DNA of 64,000 nucleotides from Perkinsus olseni (Eukaryota): NCBI GenBank assembly GCA_013115125.1, contig JABANN010000050.1, positions 1 to 64,000 of the forward strand, read 5' to 3'. Shown piece by piece: positions 12,423 to 22,678 of this stretch (position 1 is its first letter; each line of letters starts with the position of its first letter). The notes under the pieces were generated by a model. It saw only the letters and a program-made list of their open reading frames with translations, ran no database searches and was not told where the DNA came from. The position numbers and the translations under genes were made by a program.

Positions 12423-13360
12423 TCAACCCCCTCTATTAGAGGCCACAGCGGCTGCCTCCTCCTCCTCCTCGGTCACGCTATTGCCCTCCGAGTCGATAGA
12501 AAGACTCCTGGACGGGGCTGCCAGTGGCAACTCAGGCGTCATCTGCAAACAACAATGCGGACGGGAACGCCGAGAATTACCCGACCACTCTCATGTCGGC
12601 GTTCTCGTCCTGGACGTGGTCGTAGTAGCTCTGCCAAGCTTCCTTCCGGACTCCTGAAATCGCCTGATGATTTCCCCTTCGCTCCGCCACCCCTACTCGC
12701 ATGCTCCGGATCGCGTTTCCAGATTTTGTATTTGTAGTAGAACATAACGCTGAGGGTGAGTACGTAACACCACCAGACGAAGCCTTCCACACCCTCGTCT
12801 CGGTGGGACCTATGAGCACCTGAAAGGAACAAAAACTGGCTTCGCTCCGGCATTGAAACGCCAACGAAGGATTCGACCCCACGACCTTCAGGTTGCCAGG
12901 CTGCTCCCTTCACCTTTCGGTAGAAACTTCCGCACAGTTTCGTTGTAGAGAAGTTTGTCCTCGACAAACGTCCGTATGCCGGCTTTTCGCCGACGAGGCC
13001 GATCCATCCCAGGCAGGACCGTAGGCTTGATTCGACTCCTAAATCACACGCAAAAATAGCCGTCCAAAAACGGAGCGTGCCGGGATCGAACCCGGGATCT
13101 CAGGTCCATACCGCCGCTCCACTGCCGCCGCCTGCACTTCCATCTCGGGTGTAGTAGGTCCAACATTCCCCTCAGCCTGGGGTATCAGACGAGAGAGCAC
13201 CGTGGCTGCCTGATAATATTGCGCTCTTCGCTCCGCCAAAATTTGTTATTTTTTCCTCACGGACTGTTGGCCCTTCGTCCTTCTATTTTTATACATTCGA
13301 GGGCCGGCTGACGATAAACGCGACCCTCCTGATATGCCGTTCCACTCCGCCATCAGGCAT
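12423..13360 (-). CDS. Hypothetical single-TM protein, about 6 exons
   Basis: Phase-consistent spliced frame MPDGG...RVAFI|AATVL...ERR|SRIKP...FLPK|GAHRS...FVWWCYVLTLSVMFYYKYKIW...|RVRKEAWQSYY...|MTPELP...GG*. The start is uncertain. Confidence 0.55.
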
Positions 13361-13738
13361 GGTCTGGTTAGAAAAAGTAATCTCATCCCCTGGCCCGCCA
13401 CTCCAATCAGCAACCCCAATGGACGATAGTGTAGTGTTGATATCGCTGCCCCGATGAGAAGCTACGCTGTATCGCTGAGGGTGCGAAGGCAATGGGGCGA
13501 AGATAGGATTTCAGATGGCAAAACTCAGGTGTTGTGGTCTCAATCAGCCAGCCTCTTGACAATAGTAACACCGGAAAGCGAAGAGGATTTTGTAGTGCCC
13601 ACGGAACTCAACAGAAAAGGGTTGAAAGTTGTGCATGCGTGCTGATGTAAAGGCGTGCCTGTTGTTTTTGATTAACCAATTAATAATGATAGAGACAGAA
13701 TCGTCAAGAGCCTCTCAACGCCTCCGCAAGGGGACCCT

Positions 13739-16700
13739 CTAGAGATGCTCGCAGCTGGGACAGAACGACACAAGATTCCTGCACGCATGCGCACGCTCTT
13801 CGCCGACCTCATCAAGCCCTCTCGTCGTCTTCGCTGCCTTCAACCGTTCTCGTTGCTCTCGAAGCGACAACCTGACGGGCCCGTGCTGCACCACCACCGG
13901 TGAGCGAGCGAAGGCCATGGGCGAGTGGAAGGAGACATCGTCCGAGGACCTGATGCAGCAGACGCGTTGGCAAGAGTTCCTCCTCGAAAACAAAAATTGG
14001 ATCACCCAGAATCTTCCCTCAGATCCGAGACCGTGTGCGACCTCTGAGGAAGACCTGACCAAACCGATGCGGTTAATTTCGTGGCGCGCGGTCATGCCCA
14101 CTCCTGGTCGTCATCTTGTCCGTCGGTGGCGAGCCGAAGTCCCCCAACGACGATGCCTCCAGGAGGGATATGCCCGGCCCCGGCGTAGCTGCACCGGCCA
14201 CAAGAGGGGCGTAGAGGGGGGTGATCACTTTGGACGGGCTGAGTATCTCCCCCCACTGCCCCTGAGACTCCGGGCTTTTCGACGAGACAGGCGTCGTGTC
14301 CAGGCGGAGGAACGACGCCGCCGCCGAAGGCTTCTCAGCCACGCCGACATCACCCGGGTTTTCGTGAACCTAAACCACGCTCGAATTTCCGGGCGCGCGG
14401 TCGGGCTCGAGCGACCTGCTCCGGTGATGATGATGAACATGAGCTTCGCTGTGCTGGACTCGGACTTTCTGACACCTCTAGCAGTCCTGGAGATGCCAAC
14501 CCGTCATACATCGACGCCATCTGTAGCTAACATAACGCCAGGTCCCGGGATCGAACCGAGGACCTCGCTTTTACCCTGGCTTCATCAAGAAGCTCTCGGC
14601 TCTCCCTATTCGCCTCTTGTGTTGTTGGGAACTCTCCTCGAGAGATGGCCAACTCCACCGCCACCGAGACGGCGTAGTCCAATCCTCCATCACCACCGCC
14701 CTACCACGATGACTCAACAGCAGCGCAGCGAAGCACTCCCAAGAAATCGATACACTCCGGACCCCGAAGAATTACTCGGGGTCTTCAATAGACTACCTCT
14801 CCTGGATTTCAGGAGCGCTCACAGGATTGGAATCAACGATTGAAAGACGACCCTGGGAGATCGCGAGAGGCGGTCTGGTGAACAGCGGGACTATTACTAA
14901 AGCGCTTGTCCCGAGATTTGAACCCACGCCCTCAAGGATGACGCGCGAACGACCGCCCCACACCGACAGATTTCCACTCACCCGATCCTCTGGCGTAGAT
15001 CCCCTCATCAGCAACGGGATCTCAAAGGTTCTTTCGAAGTCCTCCAGCCTATCACGCAACTTCTGCTGAACCGTCGGTAGCTCCTGACGAACAACAGCAG
15101 CAACACATGCCTCCGTGCGCGGGAAAGGAGCGGAAAGGACGATAAAAGGAGATAGAACTACTTTCTCAGGAGCACCTACATAAAATGGGATCACGCCCAT
15201 GCTACGACCTCGACTCCTCACCAATGGGACAAGCCGCTTGGTATAACGGTGTCCAGGAGAATAGATTCACACTAGACCTCGCGCTACGGGGGAGTGAGAA
15301 TCTTCGAACCGCGACCAAGGTTTAGTCACTAAAGAGGTATCTGGAGGCTAAACGCGGGTTCAGTCACTAAACCCTTGTTCAACCTCCGGATACCGTAATT
15401 TTCCTTCGGCCGCCCATCCAAAGGAAGAACAGCCTTCCTCCTCCCATTCTACCTTCGCGACCATATTCCTCATTTTCTCCTCCCGGAGCAGCCGTCCAGG
15501 ATCCCGAGTCCGCTGAGTGGATGCCCGCCTACCCCCTGTCGAGGAGCTGGTAGAGCTCCGCCGTCCAGTGGAAGACCTGAGTGTCACAGTTCGGAGCAAA
15601 TCGATCGACCGATCGATTGTGATACCATACCCTATGATAATTCGCAGTGAGTGGTAGAGTATCCTTGGGGCGAGCGAGATTTTCCTTACAGCGAAGGTCG
15701 GGCCATCAACCTCTCCGGATCTTTCAAAGATTCCTGCAGCTCCAATTTCACGCCGAACAGCTGCTCCATCCGGCCGAGCAATCTCATAATGGGTCGCACA
15801 GCATTAAGTCTCTCCTAACAAATCTTGCAAATCTTGCATTTTCTCAACGCTCTCAACTCAGAATCACCGTCAATAGCTCGCACATCCTGCCGTGTAGTTC
15901 TACTTCCTCATCACTCAAGGCTCCGATCTCGAGCCCAAGGAGAGCGTCCAATCGAAGGGCCTTCGCTTCGAGCCGCGACATCTATGAAAGACCAGCGTGG
16001 CCACCACGCTGAGGCACCCTCAAATATTAACAACATTGAGGATGGAGTGGTATGGCAATAATACAGCAGACGAACTCTCACCCTCATCTCCTGCACAGCG
16101 TCCCTTATCAAAGTCCTCTTGCCTTCTATCAACTCCAATAACCGGTCATGGCGTGTATCAATAAGAGACTGCAGTACCGAATGCAGAGCCTGGATGCCCT
16201 CCCTGCAAGGACACCGATCTACCGTCTTGCGTTGGGGAGCACACTGCGGGTCCATTCGAACCCTCGACCCATCACGAGAGAGAAGCCTTGTATCACAGTG
16301 CTGATAAGCTCTAGGAAGCACCCGGTGTGATCCACACGCAGCCTCCTTCCCCTCACTACGTATCCAGTGTGATGTCATCCTCCTCCCCGGGCAGGCCAAC
16401 ATCAGCGTCAGTCATCTCCAGCTCCCGCAGAAGTCGCCGTATTTTCTGATACACCATCGCCGCCTCCTCCGTCCGAGCGTCCGCTGCCTCGTTGCAGTAC
16501 TTCAGCAACTAGGGACAGCAACCGCTCCGCAGCGACTTTCACCAATTGTTCGCAAAAAATTTGAAGCCGTCCACAGACTGCTTCACTCAGAAAGTTAGCA
16601 ACTCTCGAACACCGGCAAGAACCTACTACCTCTTCTACGTATATTTTTAAGTCATCTTTGAGCAGCACACAGGTCGCTACGTCCGAAAGATTCCTGAAAA

Positions 16701-19388
16701 TCAGCATGAGAAATCTACAATACCAACTTCTTACCTGAGCTCAGAGGGCCCCGAGGATTCAATGCCAACTAATAAAGTACTCAGGGACGCGTGAGAGTCG
16801 GCCAGAGCTTGGGGGACTTCCGGATCACACCTGCTGAGCATCCAGGAGAGGAGGCTGCAGGAGGCGCCTATCGCAACAGCAATCGCGAAGAACCGGGACT
16901 GAGGAAAGTAATCGAGCGAGCCGCCTTGGCAGAGTTAACGCACTGTTATGGCAGGCCACTACTGATACCATTGCTCAATTACGCTCAATCCTATAGTACT
17001 ATGATGAGATAGAGTACATTCCATACCAATTTCTCACCATCTCTAGCTAATCATAAGTTATGATCCTTAACAAAGTATCAAGCGTGATTCCCAGCTCGTT
17101 CAACCCGACCAACCTCAGCTTCTCCTCTCCTTCCCTCTCCACTATCAAAGGCCATTCCCCTCCGAAGGCCTCCTCAATGAGCTGCTGCAGCTCCCCAACA
17201 GCGTCGTGTATCTGCACACATCCTCAACCTCCCCACCTCGTCCCATCCCTACCCAACACAGCCTCTCCTCTGCGACCTCCATTGTTTCCCTTCTCAAGTC
17301 CTCCAACTGCTCCAGCTGACTCCGCGAGACCGACCTGAGGGCGAACCCCTGCCGCCCGACAGGCCCAAGATTGCTTAATTCGATAATGAATCGATCAATA
17401 ATTCGCCAGTACACTGCGCAGGGGCTTCTCAGCAACAACAGTATCTCAAGATTTTCCCCTTTTCCACGCAGTGTTCGAGCTCGGCATTGTAGCATACTGC
17501 TCTAGTGACGGATACAGAATGTGCGTGTGAGAAGTGCATGACTTGTAACGGCCATCACTCCCGTCAGCCACGAGTAGCTCGCACCGTACAGCGTCTCTCG
17601 CCCCTTTTCTCCTCGTTACGACTGCAGCTGCGCATCACCGCTATTCAAGAACGATCATCTCGCTCATTCAAATTTCATCCCGTGACTTTCCCACTGCCCA
17701 GATCCTCAGACACTCACAAAAAATCGCAAACAGCTCCTGCGCTCGAAAATCGCCGAAAAAAATACGATACTAAGTAGAACTACGAGCCCTGCATTACTTT
17801 GGAGTCGGGGGAAGAGGTAGTATCCCAAGTTGATGGCGGGCCGCGACAAGATCCTCATATTGATGGCGGAGCGAAGCCAAGCGCTCCTCGTGCAGTTTCT
17901 TCAGACCGTTATAGACTGACGGAGAATCATAACCGCATGATGGTACCGAGGACCGCACCAGAAATTCTTCCCCCGACAGATGAGCACAGGGGCCACTCCA
18001 ATGCTGTTTCGGGTGAAATATTCCCAGCTACTAGAATTCCCAGTCGATTCTAAATCTTCCGTATACGATGGTCGGACCCGGCGAACTCCCCCACATCCAG
18101 CGAACCGAAAAGTCCCCAGTGACCTTACTGGGTAGTAGGGCAGCTTCCTGTCGTCTCAGAGGTAGTCCAGGCGCCAACACACTATCATCCAAAGATACTC
18201 TCTCCTCGAGCTCCGCGGATAAGTTCTGAGTGGATGAAGGACATGCTTACTAGTAGATCGATATTATCAGTGCTGTAAAGCGGCAGCAGAATCACGAGTT
18301 CATCAGCGTGAGCGATTCTGTTTCAAAAAGCTTCTACTTGGAAGCGTGCAAGATACCAAGTGCGGGGAATATTGGTGATGCTCCGCTGCCTGGTAGAATC
18401 GACTAAATCCTTCCCTATCTACGCCTCCCCGCGAGGAGGCCAGCCATACACGACACAGCAGGGAGAGATGCTCTCTTCGAACGACCTAACCACATCCGCC
18501 AGCCCACCTACTACCGTTATCTGTTGCCGCATATCCTTAACACTCCTGTCCAGTGCATCTCGACATTCCTTCTCTTTACTAATAACATTAGTAAACACCT
18601 CCTTAAAGTACTCCCCCAGAGCAGACAGTCTCTTGCCCCTCTGAACGAAAGTCAGGTCCCCCTTTCCGCCCAACGGCGACTAACGCAGATGTATCGCGCG
18701 CAACGATTATCCCGGTGGGGCCTCCGTGAAAAAATACCAGTAATCGTCATGTCATTCTATCAAGCGGAAGCTGGGAGACCAACTCGTGGAGAAGCTCAAA
18801 AATTGGGTATCTTTCCTTTCTGTCTTCACCTAGCTTCAACCTCTCTCTCCTCAGGCCTCCGCAAGTGGTCGTGAGTTGGCTCTAGTCGGCACTCAGGATG
18901 CGTGATCATCATCGCCCCCAACCATTGCGAATTCCACAGTCCACAGCTTTCTCGCTACATTCAAGTGGCCCTTGCGTTAGTACCATCATCATTCGATCTT
19001 GGGAGATGGTCGGAGGAAGAGCGCTTTAAGTCAGTATGGGTCAAGCTCAGTATGAAAGTTTGCTGTTCACGTCGATGCTCTCTGAGATTTTACGGACTTG
19101 GAGATTTTACCGTCTGACCCGAAGACGGTGAGAGTACTCAAGCAACCAATTCGGAAACTCGGTCGGTCACTTCTCCCCCCTCCCATGTACTACCTCTTCC
19201 TCACTCAGCCCAATGGAGCTCCACACACCTTCGATTTGCCTTCTAAACTCCTTCTGCAAAGTATCCATACCAACCCAGGCCTCTGTTGTCGTCGAGGTAG
19301 TAGCAGGGATGGTGATGGCCTTAGCTGGCCACGGCAGAGCAGTAGTAGTACCAATCGACGGAGGGGGCGGTGGAGGGCATACAGTCAT
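13739..19388 (-). CDS. PRC1/Ase1/MAP65-family microtubule-bundling protein, many exons (3' end uncertain)
   Basis: N-terminal IEGVWSSIGLSEEE|RGKRL...ISKEKECRDAL, then the core RPIMRLLGRMEQL...LKDPERL, GRLLREEKMRNMVAK|ELPTVQQKLRDRLEDFE. This parallels the PRC1 'DP.R...LLKEEK.R..L.K.LPK.E..L' block. Confidence 0.7.
18773..19102 (+). repeat. 330-bp inverted duplicate of 19537-19866 (3' part of the ATX1-like gene, including its intron and 3' UTR)
   Basis: Reverse-complement match checked at both ends. ORFs 18902+ and 19737- translate identically over 67 aa. Confidence 0.95.
19114..19160 (+). repeat. 47-bp direct copy of 20130-20176 (upstream of the ATX1 start)
   Basis: CTGACCCGAAGACGGTGAGAGTACTCAAGCAACCAATTCGGAAACTC is present at both sites. 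Confidence 0.95.
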
Positions 19389-19733
19389 TAGGAGGCTCAA
19401 CTGGTGGTTTACAAGACGATCACCAACGCAAAAGCAAGTGTCGTTCGCACACCTCTTCGCTCTGCTATATCCACCCTTCTACGACAGCCACAATGTATCG
19501 AAGGGTTCTTGCCAGTGTGAAGAGTCCCTCTTTATTTCCAAGTCCGTAAAATCTCAGAGAGCATCGACGTGAACAGCAAACTTTCATACTGAGCTTGACC
19601 CATACTGACTTAAAGCGCTCTTCCTCCGACCATCTCCCAAGATCGAATGATGATGGTACTAACGCAAGGGCCACTTGAATGTAGCGAGAAAGCTGTGGAC
19701 TGTGGAATTCGCAATGGTTGGGGGCGATGATGA

Positions 19734-20101
19734 TCACGCATCCTGAGTGCCGACTAGAGCCAACTCACGACCACTTGCGGAGGCCTGAGGAGAGAGAGGT
19801 TGAAGCTAGGTGAAGACAGAAAGGAAAGATACCCAATTTTTGAGCTTCTCCACGAGTTGGTCTCCCGTGACGGCGTCAGTGTGGTGGACGAGGACTTGGT
19901 TCTTCTCGATATCGCAATCCACGCTTAGAACACCGTCCAATTTAGATAGGATACGGGTGATCGCTCCAGAGCAACCGGAACCTGACAACAGCAGCATCTT
20001 GACTTATTCCGTATCATACAAGGTTCAACCTAAGATACGACCACCACTCCCCCTCACTTACATGTCATCCCAGCGCGGATCTCAGTAACCTTGTTAGTCA
20101 T
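19734..20101 (-). CDS. ATX1: Copper chaperone (HMA domain), 3 exons
   Basis: Spliced MTNKVTEIRAGMT|CSGCSGAITRILSKLDGVLSVDCDIEKNQVLV...KLKNW|ASASGRELALVGTQDA*. Has the MxCxxC motif; about 79 aa. Confidence 0.9.
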
Positions 20102-20889
20102 TATTTTTCGGAGAATGTAAAAATACTCACTGACCCGAAGACGGTGAGAGTACTCAAGCAACCAATTCGGAAACTCAGGATCGGTTCTTGAGAACGCATT
20201 TTACGTGAAATTTTCAATTCCGAATTTCAGATTCAGTTTGTTGAACGGAGGGATACGTCAAACTAGTTCAGACAGTGGAACGATCACATACGCCTACGAA
20301 CACAAAGAAGAGCTTCGAAGACATGCCAGCAGCGGCGGAGGGAGCTAAGGGACGCCCACCGGGAAGATGGGCAACAACACAACAGCGGAGAGGGTATTAT
20401 GGAGGAATTAGGAGTATCTTTCATGCTGCCTGGTGATAGGTTAACCTATGGAACACTCAAGGGAAGGAGAAGGTTCATTCTACGCAGGTGGTGGCGGAAA
20501 TCACCAGAATATTGCTACTACTCGCGAATGCGACGTTATCGCGCGCGCCATTCTGATCGACTTCTCTCCTGCAGGGACCACAACGAAGGTGGCACGAGGG
20601 AGGGGCGGACTAAACCATCTCGTATCATCTTCCTTCGATACGGGGCCGGTCGGCGAAGATGCATTGAAAGATACGCGATATTTGGACGGACTGCTTTTTA
20701 TGGTGACAGAAGGTGAATAGGCGAGGATATTGGAAGAAGCCTTGTGAGGCCGTAAGGGAGGAGGCTTGGGTGGGCGTTAGGTATCTTAGGTCGGAGCATG
20801 CAAGATACAAAATAGGTCAGCTTTGAGTGTATGGACGTGCGCGTCTCAGTTTTCCTTCTCGGTCACTGCTTGAACCGTCACGTATCGCC

Positions 20890-22465
20890 ATGAGCTCCGA
20901 AGCCGCCCATCTCCATTGCCGCTTCTACCGGGAACAATTCCCCGAGATTGACCAGTGCGTTGTGGTAGTACGGGTTGGGGTCTCCCTCTTATCCCTCCCT
21001 CTCGCCATCCCCTCTCGCGTCAGGCCCTAGTAAAGCAAGTAACGGACGTTGCTGCCTACGTCTCCCTGTGTGAGTACGATGACATGGAGGGCATGGTGCA
21101 GCTCTCGGAACTCTCTAAGAGGCGTATCCGATCCATCCCTAAGCTTATCAAAGTCGGCCGGTAATCCTTCCATGCGTCCCGCTTGCCTTCACTGGGTTGT
21201 CATCATCATCATCAGCTATGACACCTTCATGGTCTTGCGAGTGGACAAGGAGAAGGGCTACATCGATCTGTCCAAGAAACGAGTGTCTCGGGAGGACGCT
21301 GATGCGCTCGATGAGAAGTAGCAGTCTCCCAAGCTTGCTAGCTAAATGCCTTTATTATCGCCCTTAGGTACTCGAAGGCCAAAACTGTCCAGTCTATTAT
21401 GAGGCACATAGCGTCCACTCACGGCCTGTCTCTAGAGGAGGTCTGCTCCAAGATCTCTTGGCCCCTGTACGACATGTTTGGCCATGCCTACGATGGACTA
21501 GCCAAGCTCGTTGGGTAATAAATAGCAATGCAGTGGACTCGGGTTGAATAGGAGGGAGCTCTTTGCAGGGACAACGCCGACCTGAGCATTCTCGACAACC
21601 TCGACATCACTCCTGAGATACGCGAGACCCTTCTCAATGTTGTCACCCGACGAATGGCTCCCCATCAGCTTAGAGTGAAGGCCAAGGTTGAGGTACTATC
21701 ACTATACAGAAAGCCTGGCTCTTCGCTATAAAGTACTACAGGTGTCATGCTTTGGCTATGAGGGTATCGAGGCCATCCAGAGGGCTCTTATCGCCGGCCG
21801 AACTGTAGCCAATGACAACTCACAGGTAGGCAAGCTCGCTAAAACGACCCGTAGTGATGGCAGTGGTATCAGGTGGGCGATGACGAGTCACTCAAGGCCA
21901 CGACCACTGTGAAGTTGATAGCCCCGCCGCAGTACTATATCGTTACGACTTGCTCGTTGAGGGTAATGAAGGGGTTGCTGCTCGCTTCGCTACGACGGCA
22001 ATGGGACTGTACAGGACGTCGGCTTTGAGCGCATCGGAGCCTGCATCGAGGCCATCAAGGAGTCCATCGAGAAGGAAGGCGGCACCTTCGCCTTGAAACA
22101 AGCGTAATAAATTAGCCTCCCGGATTGAGTTTCGGTGATGATGGTGGACGGTTCAGGCCCGAGCTGGTTGGCCTTGATGAGGAGGAGCTCGCGAAGCAGA
22201 AGCGGGAGGAAGAGGAAGAGGTAGGGGGATGCGGTTCTCTTGAATCTGTTTATGCTGCTGTCCCTCAGTCCGAGTCCGAGAGCAGCGACTCTGATGAGGA
22301 AGAGGAGGGCATGGGAGATGCTGACAGTAAGTATCCTCCGGTCTTGGTAACATTCTGGGTTTCTGTATGACCCACAGGCATAGGACGGGCCGAGGTAGTG
22401 TGGATGGGCGTCTTCCCTTCTCCTCAGTCGATGAGAGTGCCTTCGCTAAGGCTCATGAAGAGTAA
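20890..22465 (+). CDS. EIF2S1: Translation initiation factor 2 alpha subunit, 11 exons
   Basis: [27 protein letters not shown] (regulatory Ser retained), [39 protein letters not shown] and an acidic tail. Introns are mostly about 50 nt. Confidence 0.96.
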
Positions 22466-22678
22466 CGAGTTGGACTTGCCGGATGTGTCATACTAGTGAA
22501 ATGGCAGCGAAAGCAGTACCAGCTGAAAGAAGGCCACCACAGTTTCCTCGCTCGTCGTGTATTGCGTTTACCATATTACAATTGGGTATACAGCAGGTTG
22601 ACTTGGCCGAGTCGTTAGTGGGTATTTCTCTTAACCGTGTGGTATACGGCTCGAATCCTGCAGCGGCCCTGTTTGTCC

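Noticed and set aside
13039-13120. Calling the B-box hairpins functional tRNA genes
   Set aside because: No D-arm, A-box or anticodon arm at the correct spacing in any copy.
13917-14843. 308-aa + strand ORF
   Set aside because: Low-complexity antisense shadow of the minus-strand multi-exon gene.
20324-20720. Possible small gene between ATX1 and eIF2-alpha
   Set aside because: Short ORFs with no recognisable motif; cannot be supported from sequence alone.
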